A stretch of 64,000 nt of DNA from contig CBDCCK010000002.1 in NCBI GenBank assembly GCA_965214835.1, positions 1,664,001-1,728,000 on the forward strand. Reading direction: 5' to 3'. This DNA is from Nitrosopumilaceae archaeon (GTDB taxonomy: Archaea > Thermoproteota > Nitrososphaeria > Nitrososphaerales > Nitrosopumilaceae). Within the stretch, counting starts at the first letter, position 1, and the number at the start of each line of letters is the position of its first letter. Position numbers and translations under genes: made by a program. A model generated the notes under the pieces. It saw only the letters and a program-made list of their open reading frames with translations, ran no database searches and was not told the DNA's origin. This document shows positions 21,121 to 31,317 of this stretch, one piece after another.

Positions 21121-21213
21121 GTATGTGGTCACGTCCCCTTGCTAGCTAGGCACGAGGATCACAATCATTCATGTTAATTCATGCCTAACTGATGATGGTA
21201 GGTGACCTCGTAC
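21121..21213. mobile_element. MITE family B (93 bp, IS66-like ends)
   Basis: TIR GTATGTGGTCAC / GTGACCTCGTAC; 8-bp TSD GAAAAAAA. Copies at 39072-39164 and 40430-40521; related termini at 20690-20708 and 20726-20750. Confidence 0.9.
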
Positions 21214-21232
21214 GAAAAAAAATAAGGATGCC

Positions 21233-21457
21233 TCAGTCGAGACCCTGTGCTGCCTTGACTGCTTCCCTCAGGCTCCCCGCCGCTATCGACATTTCCTCGT
21301 GGTAGTGCTTGGCAGAGTCTCCTTCGATCAGATACATTCCAGATGTGGGGCCGACCAAGGCATAATTATCACCAGTTATGCCGTCCGGATTTTTCTCCAG
21401 GAGCATTATGACATCATCATTGATCTCGACGTCATGTCTCTCAAATACAGCTATCAC
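21233..21457 (-). pseudogene. 3' fragment of a hypothetical gene cut by IS630
   Basis: 74-aa ORF starting at the IS630 left boundary. Confidence 0.35.
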
Positions 21458-22592
21458 GTAGTATTCACGGCTACCAATTGATCACAAAAAGGACAATTTT
21501 TTTCAACCAAAGGATCCAAGATCTGCCAGTCCCATACATACACATGAAAGGAAAAAAGGAACTGCCGGCGGGAACGCAGTTCCTGTACGGGATAGCAAGC
21601 AAGGACAGGCTTTTTAGGATGCACAAGTCCGAGAAGAACGCCAAGGCGGCCATCAGGCTCCTGGTCTATTATATGAGAAAGTGCGGCATGAGCATATACC
21701 AGATTGCCGAGAAGCTGGACAGGCCGTATGGAACCATACGGTACTGGCTGGTGCGCGCACACGAGCACGGCCTGGAGGGCAGGTTTGACATAAGGCACGG
21801 CGCCCCGTGCAGGCTCGACAGGAAGCAGCTTGGGCAGCTGCGCGCAGACCTGATTGAAGGCCCGCAAAACTGCGGCTTTGAGGCGGCAACATGGACCGGA
21901 CCGCTGGTCATCGCCCACGTCAAAAGGAGGTTCGGCATCACGCATGCGTCCATGGGCATATACGACCTGCTGCACAGAATCGGCTTTTCGTGAAGGCCGC
22001 GCCCAAAACACCCAAAATCATCCACGGAATCCGAGAAAGAGGAGTTCAAAAAAAAAGCTGGGCGGTGCACGGGGTACTATTCGAAGAAGGAATACACGGT
22101 AATGATAGGGGACGAGTCCTCGTTCATCCTGGGATGGAACGTCAAGAACAGCTGGTACCCTGTAGGAGAGCCTGTCTTCACGCCGTCCAACCTGTCAAAG
22201 GAGAGGTTCTATGCCATAGGGGCCCTCTCAAGGAACGGCCTTGACTGCCGCTTTTACAAAAAGGCCGACACGTACACGTTCTTCAAGTTTCTCAAGGCGC
22301 TGCGCCGCAAGTACGGCAAGGTGCTGCTGTTCGTGGACAATGCATCGTACCACAAGTCTACAGAACTCAAGAGAAAGATGGCCGGGTGGAACGGGGATGT
22401 GGTGATACGGTACCTGCCGCCGTACACGCCGGAGCTGAATAACTCGGAGGAGCAGTGGCGCGGGCTGAAAAAGGCGACTGCAAACTGCCTTTACAAGACA
22501 GTCGACGCGATGCAGAAATCCCTGCGCGTCATGCTGCGCAGGGGCGAGATAAAGGTGGTGGAGATGAACAAATGGCTGACGTGAATACTACG
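21457..22592 (+). mobile_element. IS630-family element; transposase split by an in-frame TGA (21991) and an A9 tract (~22048-22056)
   Basis: 13-bp perfect IR CGTAGTATTCACG / CGTGAATACTACG. HTH region followed by GDES, DNASYH and LPPYTPELN motifs. Confidence 0.9.
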
Positions 22593-22721
22593 GCGGTGCC
22601 GTGCCCGGTCTGCAAAAGCACATCTGGGAGCTACCGAGTCCCCGATCTAGCCTGATCAAAAAGGAATACATGGTGGGCGGTATTCGGTTGGCTTTTTATC
22701 TGGAAATTTCTTAACAGTACC

Positions 22722-23363
22722 ATGGCAATGCCGATGGACTATGATGGAGCGCGCACCGATGACTCGGAGCGTACCGACAACCCGACTGACTACAAGCGGA
22801 CCTGCATTGGCTTTATAGAGGACATCTCCCGTGACTACAAGGCATGGGTTGACTATTACCGCCTGCCAGAAGACGAGGACAAAAGGCGCAGATCCGAGAT
22901 TGACGCCACCATAGCCAGATCCAACGAATGGATTGCCAAAGTCGCAACCTCGATAAAATCAATAGACGTTGTCATGAACGACGGAATCCAGAAGATGGCC
23001 GAGGCCACGGCTGGGAGGCCCTTTCAGATCGGCGTGTTTGTAAACGGCAAGTCAAGCTACACCCTTGCAAGGCCCGGGATCATCGATGTCAATGTAAAGG
23101 CGGCAGGCCGGGGGGACAGAAAGACAAGGCTGGGATTCCACTTCAAGGACGACCGCTTTAGGATAGAGTCTACCTGCAGGGCATTCCTAGACGAGGACGG
23201 CCTGCCCGCCGGGGAGCACGACCTGATGGACATCCACCTCAGGCTGCACGCCGAGAAGGCAGCGGCACGTGACGTCATATCATTTACCGTGACTGTCATT
23301 GAGACCGAGAACGGGACCGAATACGACAAGCGCGGCGTCTCTACCATTGTTCACATAACGTGA
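22722..23363 (+). CDS. Hypothetical protein
   Basis: 213-aa ORF with coherent codon usage; no motif recognised. Confidence 0.7.
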   Translation: MAMPMDYDGARTDDSERTDNPTDYKRTCIGFIEDISRDYKAWVDYYRLPEDEDKRRRSEIDATIARSNEWIAKVATSIKSIDVVMNDGIQKMAEATAGRPFQIGVFVNGKSSYTLARPGIIDVNVKAAGRGDRKTRLGFHFKDDRFRIESTCRAFLDEDGLPAGEHDLMDIHLRLHAEKAAARDVISFTVTVIETENGTEYDKRGVSTIVHIT

Positions 23364-23670
23364 CCTCTACGGCGACCCGCCTTTCTCTTGCCCTCTCTTC
23401 CCCGGGATACTTTAGCTCGGAAATCTTTTGCGACAGCGGGCCGTCACCGACTATCCTTGCATCGCCCCGGATCCTCCTGCCCCCAAGCTGGACTGTGACG
23501 CCTGGGTTCTTTGCAATGTTCTTGAACCAGTCACTGTCTGGCCTGTGTCTTGAAAAGTATATCCTGCCGTCGTACATTACCGCCTTTAGCGTCTTGGAGT
23601 GCTCCCTTCCGGTAACCCTGCCAGTTGTAGTCAGAACCGCAATGAATGTAGAACCGTTCTCAGGGCCCAT
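23341..23670 (-). CDS. F420-dependent nitroreductase (DDN-like) / PNPOx-fold protein
   Basis: LTTTGRVTGREH...PDSDWFKNIAKNPGVTV; best start is ATG at 23670. Confidence 0.8.
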   Translation of the reverse strand: MGPENGSTFIAVLTTTGRVTGREHSKTLKAVMYDGRIYFSRHRPDSDWFKNIAKNPGVTVQLGGRRIRGDARIVGDGPLSQKISELKYPGEERARERRVAVEVTLCEQW

Positions 23671-23779
23671 GCCCGGATATGCCCGGTCAAGTAATTTAAC
23701 CCCATTGATGGAAATTTCTAATACTGCCTCAGATAAGCCAACTTCTGGATCCTGTACCATGTCTACAAAGCTAGCAGGC

Positions 23780-24211
23780 ATGTCGCCTAAGATGACCGTG
23801 GCAGACACGTTTACCGGAAAGCGCGTAGTCGACCGCGAGGGCATCAGGTACGGCAGGGTAAAACACATTCACATCAACCAGGATACCCTGAAGGTCTCAG
23901 GCGTAACGGTTCATCAGGGATTCAGGAAGGACTACTTTTTGTCAGACGAGTACATTGACAGGTTCACAGAGGAGACCCTGCTCTTGAGCACCTCGCCGGT
24001 ACGGACCAACGTCGACGTGACCGATATCGACGGACACAAGATCGGCAGGGTCAAAAAGATCCACAAGAATCCACAAACCGGCGATCTCGAGTCAATTGAG
24101 GTGCAAGACGGAATCGTGCACACCAAGGTCGTATCCAAGACCGAGATCTGGGGCGTGGGAGAGAAAATCATTCTCAAGGCCACCCGGGACGAATACAAGC
24201 AGATGGAGTAG
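23780..24211 (+). CDS. Tandem PRC-barrel domain protein
   Basis: FTGKRVVDREGIRYGRVKHI and VTDIDGHKIGRVKKI repeats; the upstream part of the long ORF is antisense to the DDN gene. Confidence 0.85.
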   Translation: MSPKMTVADTFTGKRVVDREGIRYGRVKHIHINQDTLKVSGVTVHQGFRKDYFLSDEYIDRFTEETLLLSTSPVRTNVDVTDIDGHKIGRVKKIHKNPQTGDLESIEVQDGIVHTKVVSKTEIWGVGEKIILKATRDEYKQME

Positions 24212-24243
24212 GGATTTTCCGCTTCTATTATTTTTAAGAAAGC

Positions 24244-24348
24244 CTAGCCCCTGACCTGCCTTTCCAAGCATTCCTTGCAGGTTGGAACGCCCCCCTTGAT
24301 TTCGATATTGACATTTGACGTATTGCACCTGTGACACAATCCCTTCAT
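24244..24348 (-). CDS. Small zinc-ribbon protein (34 aa)
   Basis: MKGLCHRCNTSNVNIEIKGGVPTCKECLE with paired CxxC motifs. Confidence 0.65.
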   Translation of the reverse strand: MKGLCHRCNTSNVNIEIKGGVPTCKECLERQVRG

Positions 24349-24539
24349 GGTCTGAGTCAAGACTCTACGCTTAAATTTTTTATGACGATCGTAACATGCG
24401 TGGCCGTCTCCATTACGATTGCACGCGTTTGCATGCAGCTGTGATCCTTGCGCTTGGCCGGCAATGGACGTGACCACACAATCGGCGATACCCGACACTT
24501 TTCAGACCCGTGTCATGCTGTGATCCCTACAGTAGAGGG

Positions 24540-24735
24540 CACATGTGGCCGTCATAACTCCAGATGAGGTAGACGGGGGTTTTTGTCGGGATCTGCGACG
24601 AGCTAAACGCCTTTTCGCAGGGATAGACGTACGGGGAGATGATGGAGAATATGAGCAATGTAGTAGAGCCTGCAGCAAAAGAAGCCGGCAGCGCTGATGA
24701 TTTTAACGTGCTGGCTGCCCAAAAGTGCAATGAAC
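24540..24735 (+). pseudogene. HicB-like antitoxin remnant
   Basis: One frameshift and one stop give VAVITPDEVDGGFVGICDELNAFSQG*TYGEMMENM, a HicB N-terminal pattern. Confidence 0.5.
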
Positions 24736-24845
24736 CTTGTGTGTATTTGCCAAAAATGACGCAAAAGCTGCCTGGTTTTTTTGATCTGCACCGATTACGC
24801 ATTAAGGTCTAATGACTGGTTCCGAGTATTTCATGCAGTGCAAGG

Positions 24846-24972
24846 GGGTTTCCTAATTCGCCAGAATTCCTGAAAAACATTGAGATGTCACATGGATCAG
24901 GCGTGCAAAAGGGCGAAAATTCAGAAAAACATATTGACTGAGTCAAATAAGTGGAACTAGCAAACAGTCCCC
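24846..24972. mobile_element. MITE family D, second (diverged) copy
   Basis: TTTCCTAATTCGCCAGAATTCCTGAAAA...CACATGGATCAGGCGT...AATTCAGAAAA is shared with 3430-3558; flanked by GTGCAA on both sides. Confidence 0.8.
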
Positions 24973-25151
24973 GTGCAATGACAAAATACCCTGCCAGAGG
25001 TGAACCACACTGGCAGGTGGCACCTTCGGCGTATGGCACATGCATGCCACTCGGCTGCCGCGATTCTGGCATGAGGATCACAAACAGGGAAAAGAGACAG
25101 CCCGTTTTACTGCGATTTGCCGCTACTGGATTCACTGCTTGGCAGACACAG

Positions 25152-25263
25152 CAGCCAAATGAAACGTGCCAGAAAATCGAGCAAAAACAGAACCTAGACG
25201 AGAGGCACGACGCCTCAATAACAAGACAAAAAACAGCAATCCCATTTGAGTTTCACCTAGCTG
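25152..25263. mobile_element. MITE family C (~112 bp, ISH3-like ends)
   Basis: Ends CAGCCAAATGAAA / TTTCACCTAGCTG; homologous to the outer element at 31318-31547; near-TSD CACAG/CACAA. Confidence 0.75.
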
Positions 25264-25290
25264 CACAACCTGATACGAATATATGCCGAC

Positions 25291-25749
25291 ATGATGGGAA
25301 AACACTACTTGGCCACACTCCGACAAATAGCATTTGTTACCGGAATAGCCATATCAATCTCAGTTTTCGGACTGTTTGTCTACTGGTTTCTCCCAGCCCT
25401 GATTTCAGGGGAGCAATGGGACAGGCTTGACCGTGAGGACATTACCGAGGAGAAGCTATACGAGATATTCTCCACACATCCCGGATATGTTGCAATGTAT
25501 GAGAGGTTTCCCGAGGCCCAAGAGCAATTCGGCTTCAATCGACACAGGAATGGTGGCAGCATGATCGTAGGTACCATAAACATCGAGACGGGCAATACAC
25601 TGACGCTGAGCATGCATTATGATTCGCACGGTTCCCGCGTAAACGGCCATGTCACTTGCCAGCATGCAACTGGAAACGAGCACCACCATGGCTATCAGGA
25701 TCTCCTGTTTGCAAAGTCAATCATAGAGGCTACAGACTGTTTGGAGTAG
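25291..25749 (+). CDS. Membrane-anchored hypothetical protein
   Basis: N-terminal TM helix (IAFVTGIAISISVFGLFVYW) followed by a soluble domain with two Cys. Confidence 0.7.
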   Translation: MMGKHYLATLRQIAFVTGIAISISVFGLFVYWFLPALISGEQWDRLDREDITEEKLYEIFSTHPGYVAMYERFPEAQEQFGFNRHRNGGSMIVGTINIETGNTLTLSMHYDSHGSRVNGHVTCQHATGNEHHHGYQDLLFAKSIIEATDCLE

Positions 25750-25837
25750 GGCCTGCAAACAGCCCGGCCGGAGGCAATCAGCAGCATGCCAGATTCCAAC
25801 CAATGTGTATTTAAGGTTCAATGCACAACAAAACCAC

Positions 25838-26329
25838 ATGCCAGCCGAACTGGATACCGCCGATGCCAGCCCGCAGCACGCCGTCCAGATCCAATCCGAG
25901 CGGCCCGCAGACTATTGGTACGAGCTGGGACGGTGGGCCGATCTAGGAGTACAGGAGGATCAGGACACCAAGCATCAGGGCATCGTATATTTTATGGTGG
26001 ACGGAGAGGTGTCTGTCAAAGAGACGCCCACAGACCTTCGCGAGGCCAGGCTGAGGATAGACGGGCTGGGATATGGTGAATATAACCACTTTATCGGCTT
26101 TGTTAACCGGAAGACGTGGACAACGCTCCAGTTTGCTCATTATGACTACGACGGCTGGTATGCTGACGCTCCAATCGCCTCGGGACGTGAATGGGACGGA
26201 TACACGTGGGGATGCCATACCGACAAGGAGTCGGTACTCAACACTGTGGGCCTGTTCTTTGAGGAGATGCGATGGTTTGACTCGCTCCCATTTACGATGA
26301 GGCGGCACACTAGGTGGGCAACAAGATAG
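25838..26329 (+). CDS. Hypothetical Trp/Tyr-rich protein
   Basis: ORF track 25805-26329; ATG at 25838. Confidence 0.6.
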   Translation: MPAELDTADASPQHAVQIQSERPADYWYELGRWADLGVQEDQDTKHQGIVYFMVDGEVSVKETPTDLREARLRIDGLGYGEYNHFIGFVNRKTWTTLQFAHYDYDGWYADAPIASGREWDGYTWGCHTDKESVLNTVGLFFEEMRWFDSLPFTMRRHTRWATR

Positions 26330-26380
26330 TCGATCTCATCTATGACGACGCGATGGTTTGACTCGCTCCCATTTACGATG
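26269..26380 (+). repeat. 31-bp perfect direct repeat, 81 bp apart
   Basis: GCGATGGTTTGACTCGCTCCCATTTACGATG at 26269-26299 and 26350-26380. Confidence 0.9.
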
Positions 26381-26539
26381 TGGAAGTACAAGGCGTAAGG
26401 TGTGGTGGCGACGGCCTCGACCATGCCGGGCCTGCGGTGGGCACTCCTGACTCTTGCCAAACGGGGGCGATTCCCTCGTCTGAGCTGAATTACCCCGGCA
26501 CCTCATAGCAATTTATAACTGAAAAAACCGATCACATCA

Positions 26540-27529
26540 TTGAACTCAATCGAGACCAGATCCGTCTCAAAGTTATTTGGTGATGTAAGGGCCGTAGACG
26601 ACGTATCATTTGAGATCGGCGAGTCCGAGATATTCGGATTTCTGGGACCCAATGGCGCCGGAAAGAGCACGACAATGATGATCCTCACCACCCTTCTAAA
26701 GCCCAGCTCCGGGGATGCCCTGGTTGCCGGATATGATGTTGTAACCCAAGCAAACAGGGTGCGCCAGAACATAGGCTATGTCCAGCAGGAGACTACCGCC
26801 GATGAGTACCTTACGGGCCGGGAGAACCTGCTCTTGCAGGCAAGACTCAACCACATAGACAAAAAGCACATTGACGGCAGGATCGACGAGATCCTGGATC
26901 TAATCGAGCTGTCCGACAAGCAGCATGACGCCGTGATTACATATTCTGGCGGCATGAGAAAGCGCCTGGACATTGCCGGCGGCCTGATGCACAGGCCCAG
27001 GGTCCTGTTTCTAGACGAGCCCACCGTGGGGCTGGACATCCAGACCAGGCGAAAAATCTGGGACTATATCAAGCAGATTCACAGGGAGTACAACATGACG
27101 ATCTTTCTCTCGACCCACTATATGGAGGAGGCCGACCGGTTGTGTGACCGGGTCGGCATCATTGATCACGGGAAGATACAGGCCATTGACACGCCTGCTT
27201 CCATGAAGAGCGCACTAGGCCAGGAAATCATCCAGGTTACCGTCGGTTCTGAGCCTGACTCGGTCATAGCTGCCATCAGGGGCGTCCCTGACGTCAAGGA
27301 CGTCAAAACCCAGAATGAGAAAATCACCATATATGCCGCAAACGGAACCGAGGTGATCCCGCAGATCTTCCAGATCTCTGTGGATGCCGGAATCAAAATC
27401 AACTCCATCTCCCTCACACAGCCCACTCTGGACGATGTCTTTATCTCCTATACTGGACATGAGCTCAGGGACGGGGGGGAGTTCAACCGCAAGCGGGAGC
27501 ATGCGAGGACAAGGAGGATGATGGCGTGA
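26540..27529 (+). CDS. ABC-2 (DrrA-like) exporter ATP-binding subunit
   Basis: GPNGAGKST, YSGGMRKRL, LFLDEPTVGLD, STHYMEEA, C-terminal PTLDDVF. Confidence 0.95.
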   Translation: MNSIETRSVSKLFGDVRAVDDVSFEIGESEIFGFLGPNGAGKSTTMMILTTLLKPSSGDALVAGYDVVTQANRVRQNIGYVQQETTADEYLTGRENLLLQARLNHIDKKHIDGRIDEILDLIELSDKQHDAVITYSGGMRKRLDIAGGLMHRPRVLFLDEPTVGLDIQTRRKIWDYIKQIHREYNMTIFLSTHYMEEADRLCDRVGIIDHGKIQAIDTPASMKSALGQEIIQVTVGSEPDSVIAAIRGVPDVKDVKTQNEKITIYAANGTEVIPQIFQISVDAGIKINSISLTQPTLDDVFISYTGHELRDGGEFNRKREHARTRRMMA

Positions 27530-28302
27530 TTATAGGCGATACGTACTCTGTCTTCTGGAGGGAGATGAAGAGGTACAAAAAATCACGCAGCGGCGTTCTG
27601 ATACGCCTGATCCAGCCTGCAGTCTGGATCATAGTAATCGGAAACACGTTTGCGGGAACCCAGCCCCTGATAGAGTCCGTCGGCTTTGAGGGCGAGTACA
27701 TAGAGTTCATGGCGCCCGGCGTCATAGTCCTGACTGCGATCTTTACCAGCATATTTGGCGGCGTCAACACGCTGTGGGACAGGCGGTACGGGTTCATGAA
27801 CAAGGCTCTGACCTCGCCGATCTCCCGCTCGTCGATTGCGCTGGGCAAAATGCTGGCAATCTCCATGATTGCAGCACTGCAGGCAAGCCTGATAATCGGC
27901 ATCGCCCTTGCAATAGGCGTCACCTTTGAGAATCCTGTCATGATTGCGCCAATCATGGCAATCGTGGTTTTATTCTCGCTGGGCTTTTCGGGGATATCTG
28001 TCACGGTAGCTGCCACCGCAAAGTCCCAGGAGACCTTCTGGGGAGTCATAAACTTTCTCGGCATGCCCCTGTTCATGCTGAGCCCCGCGCTGTTCCCGCT
28101 AGAACTGCTGCCTGACTGGCTGGAGGCCCTTGCCAGGCTCAATCCGGTAACCTATACCGTACTGCTGGTCCGTGAGATGATGACCGGGGTGGGGGAGGGC
28201 GTCTCTGCTGCCCTGAGCATCGGCATCATCGGAGCCTTTGTTCTTGCAATGGTCCTGATAGCAAGCTATGTTTTCAGGCGTGACGTCAACAAGCCATTCT
28301 GA
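27526..28302 (+). CDS. ABC-2 (DrrB-like) permease
   Basis: Six TM segments; YIEFMAPG, DRRYGF, SPALFPLELLPDWL, LNPVTY. Confidence 0.93.
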   Translation: MIIGDTYSVFWREMKRYKKSRSGVLIRLIQPAVWIIVIGNTFAGTQPLIESVGFEGEYIEFMAPGVIVLTAIFTSIFGGVNTLWDRRYGFMNKALTSPISRSSIALGKMLAISMIAALQASLIIGIALAIGVTFENPVMIAPIMAIVVLFSLGFSGISVTVAATAKSQETFWGVINFLGMPLFMLSPALFPLELLPDWLEALARLNPVTYTVLLVREMMTGVGEGVSAALSIGIIGAFVLAMVLIASYVFRRDVNKPF

Positions 28303-28380
28303 ATTCTGCCAAAAAATTGACCAAAAATGCAAAAACTACTGACTCTTGCTGACTTTCTCAAACTTTGAGACCCCATACCG

Positions 28381-29769
28381 TTGAAGGCAGCAGTACCCGT
28401 CATTGCAGTGGTCTTTGGAGTCTTGCTGGCAGGCGGCATTGCGCCCGGTGCCTATTCGCTGTTCAATTACGAGTATGTCTCGGATTTTGGAAGGTTTGGA
28501 ATCCACACCGAGGACAGGTTCTCCCACCCCCAGTCGATAGCGCAGGACGGGGAGGGAAACCTGTACGTCAGTGACCTGGGCAACAAGAGAATTCAAAAGT
28601 TCGATTCCGAGGGCACCTACCTGGATCAGTGGGGCAGGAGCGGCAAGGGCAACAGCGAGTTCCACGAGCCTGCCGGAATCGCAGTACATAAGGGCCTGGT
28701 CTTTGTCGTAGACCGGGATCTGCACAGGATGCAGGTCTTCGATCTTGACGGAAGGTACGTCTCGCAGTGGGGCGAGCGCGGAGGCGGCGACGGGCAGTTC
28801 TCGTATCCCACCGACGTCGCAATCGGGCCAAACGGCACTGTACATGTCGCAGACTTTGGCAACCAGAGAATCCAGTCCTTCTCACCGTCAGGCGACCATA
28901 TAATCTCAATGGGCGCCGCCGGCCCCGACAGCGGGGAGTTTCTGCACCTGGTAGATGTCGCGACCGACTCTGAGGGAAACGTGTATGCGGCCGACAAGGG
29001 AAACGGAAAGATTGAAAAGTTTGACTCCGGGGGGAACCACACTGCCACGATAAGGTTTGATGCAAGCAACTGGAGGTTTGCCCCCTATTCGATAGCCGTG
29101 GCACCTGACGATTCGCTATTCATTTTAAACTCTGCTGATAACCGAATCCTGCACCTGGAACAGGATGCGCACAGTATCCTTATGGTACATGAAAGGCTGG
29201 GCCCGTTCCAGAACTTTCTTGCCTCCGGCTCTGACATTGCCCTGAGCAGTGCGGGCCACCTGCTCACCGTGGATTCGCTGGGACACAAGGTATTCAAGCA
29301 CAACACCCCGTTTGTCGTGGCAGCCGAGCCCTCTGCTGAGGGGGAATCCCGGCAGGCCGCTGAGGATGCGGGGGAGGCCGCGCAAGGGGAGGAGGACCCG
29401 GGCGCAGCATATGACGCGTGCGGCCTGGATGTTGCAAGCTACAACGTGATTACAGGAACCGAGTCAGATGATGTCATAGAGGGAACAGACGGGGACGACC
29501 TGATCTTTGCCCTGGGCGGCGATGACATTGTATCGGGATACGGCGGAGACGACTGTATCTTTGGAGGCGACGGCGACGACATAATATTTGGAAACGAGGG
29601 CTCTGATGGGATATTTGGCGACCGGGGGGATGACATCCTGAGGGGCTCCTCCGGCGATGACGTAATCTATGGAAACTATGGGCTGGATTCCATCGACGGC
29701 GGAGGCGGGGTTGACGCCTGCATGTCTGCTGACACGTCCGATCAGGACATGATCTCAAACTGCGAATAA
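28381..29769 (+). CDS. Secreted NHL-repeat beta-propeller protein with C-terminal RTX-type Ca-binding repeats
   Basis: Signal peptide; about six NHL repeats (F-hP--IA-D--GNLYV-D-GN-RIQKF); GGDGDDII-G nonamers. Confidence 0.9.
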   Translation: MKAAVPVIAVVFGVLLAGGIAPGAYSLFNYEYVSDFGRFGIHTEDRFSHPQSIAQDGEGNLYVSDLGNKRIQKFDSEGTYLDQWGRSGKGNSEFHEPAGIAVHKGLVFVVDRDLHRMQVFDLDGRYVSQWGERGGGDGQFSYPTDVAIGPNGTVHVADFGNQRIQSFSPSGDHIISMGAAGPDSGEFLHLVDVATDSEGNVYAADKGNGKIEKFDSGGNHTATIRFDASNWRFAPYSIAVAPDDSLFILNSADNRILHLEQDAHSILMVHERLGPFQNFLASGSDIALSSAGHLLTVDSLGHKVFKHNTPFVVAAEPSAEGESRQAAEDAGEAAQGEEDPGAAYDACGLDVASYNVITGTESDDVIEGTDGDDLIFALGGDDIVSGYGGDDCIFGGDGDDIIFGNEGSDGIFGDRGDDILRGSSGDDVIYGNYGLDSIDGGGGVDACMSADTSDQDMISNCE

Positions 29770-29857
29770 CACCCAACTATATAGTGGACTGTACGATACC
29801 GTTTCCTCGTAATCTATTATTGAAATATGTATATCTGGATCATTCTGACTCTCTTCA

Positions 29858-31105
29858 ATGACTTTTCGCAAACTGACAGCCGTGTTTGCCATATCTGTGC
29901 TACTGGCCGTTCTGCCTCCGCTAAGCGCCGGTGCGCTGGAGGCTCCAGAGCTGCCGAACCCCTCACAGGAGTTCAGCATCGTCGGGGCAGGCGCCTCGTT
30001 TCCGTATCCTCTGATTGACCTGTGGAGGGTGGAATACAACAAGGAGTTTAGCAACGTGGATCTGAACTACCAGTCAATAGGCAGCGGGGGCGGAATCACG
30101 CAGCACATTGAAAAAACCGTGAATTTTGCCGCCTCTGACAAGCCGCTGGGCAGCGAGGCAAGACTGGCCCCTGGAACACTGCACATTCCCGAGGCCATAG
30201 GCGGCGTCGTTATAGCATACAACCTACCGGAGTTCCAGCAAAGCGGGCTGAAGCTTACCGGCGATGTCCTTGCAGACATCTTTCTAGCCAAGATTACAAA
30301 GTGGAATGATCCCCGCATTGCCGAGACCAATCCCGGCGTAAATCTGCCTGATGAGGACATAGTTACCGTCCAGCGCTCGGACGGCTCGGGGACTACGTTT
30401 GTCTTTACAGATTATTTGACAAGCGTCAGTCCCGAGTTTGACGAGGCCGTGGGAAAGGGCAAAAGCGTCCCCTGGCCTAGCGGTCTGGGCGGCAAGGGCA
30501 ACGAGGGAGTCGCATCCCACGTACGCGATACGCCATATGCGATTGGATATGTCGAGCTGGCCTATGCGTTTCAAACCGGCCTGAACTATGCCTTTGTTGA
30601 GAATGCCGACGGCACCGCATTCATCGAGCCGTCCCTTGATTCAATCTCTGCGGCATCTGCCGGCGTCTCCACGAACCTGCCTGATGCAGACGGCGACTGG
30701 AGCGGGGTTACCCTAGTCAGCGCGCCGGGTTCTGACTCGTATCCCATTGCCAGCTTTACGTACCTGCTGATCTATGACGACCTTGCGCAGGTTGTTGATT
30801 CCAAGGAAAAGGCAAAGGCCATAATCCACCTGATCAACTGGATGATCACCGACGGGCAGGAATTTTCACCAGATCTGCTGTATGTTCCCCTGTCTGATCC
30901 TGTTGTCAAAGTCGGACAGGCCGGACTGTCGATGGTCACCTATGACGGGGAGATTTTATGGGAGCGAGGCACTTCAGAGCCTGAGTACCAGATCCCGTCC
31001 TGGATTAGGGACTCTGCAAATGCATGGGGTCAGGGACTGATCTCAGACGAGGCGTATATCATGGCACTCCAGTGGCTGGTAGATAACGGCATACTCAAAA
31101 TCTAA
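29858..31105 (+). CDS. pstS: Phosphate ABC transporter substrate-binding protein
   Basis: GAGASFPYP, YQSIGSGGG, FAASD, RSDGSGTT, GKGNEGV, IGYVE, YPIASFT; C-terminal IPSWIR...WLVDNGI tail. Confidence 0.95.
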   Translation: MTFRKLTAVFAISVLLAVLPPLSAGALEAPELPNPSQEFSIVGAGASFPYPLIDLWRVEYNKEFSNVDLNYQSIGSGGGITQHIEKTVNFAASDKPLGSEARLAPGTLHIPEAIGGVVIAYNLPEFQQSGLKLTGDVLADIFLAKITKWNDPRIAETNPGVNLPDEDIVTVQRSDGSGTTFVFTDYLTSVSPEFDEAVGKGKSVPWPSGLGGKGNEGVASHVRDTPYAIGYVELAYAFQTGLNYAFVENADGTAFIEPSLDSISAASAGVSTNLPDADGDWSGVTLVSAPGSDSYPIASFTYLLIYDDLAQVVDSKEKAKAIIHLINWMITDGQEFSPDLLYVPLSDPVVKVGQAGLSMVTYDGEILWERGTSEPEYQIPSWIRDSANAWGQGLISDEAYIMALQWLVDNGILKI

Positions 31106-31317
31106 GCCCCATTTTTTTTCATTTTGTGTTTGGAGTAATACCTGAAGAAGACGCCGCATGGGAAGCAGAAAAGATTGCGGCTCACAGGTACACGGCTTGC
31201 TATAGTATGACACCCGTCTGAGTATGAGTTCACCCCTCAGACTACACTGCTAGTCGGAGCCTTCATGATCACGCCTGCCACGCCGTATCTCGAGGGAGGG
31301 GTAGACTCGCGCAGGAA

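Noticed and set aside
20638-21177. 179-aa ORF as one intact gene
   Set aside because: It spans MITE-B-related termini at both ends and appears to be a chimera of fragments.
21991-21993. Selenocysteine or programmed readthrough TGA in the IS630 transposase
   Set aside because: More simply a nonsense mutation or small deletion in a region full of decayed IS elements; no supporting signal seen.
26269-26380. Mini-CRISPR or DGR template/variable repeat pair
   Set aside because: Only two identical copies, one of them coding; no adenine-specific differences and no reverse transcriptase.
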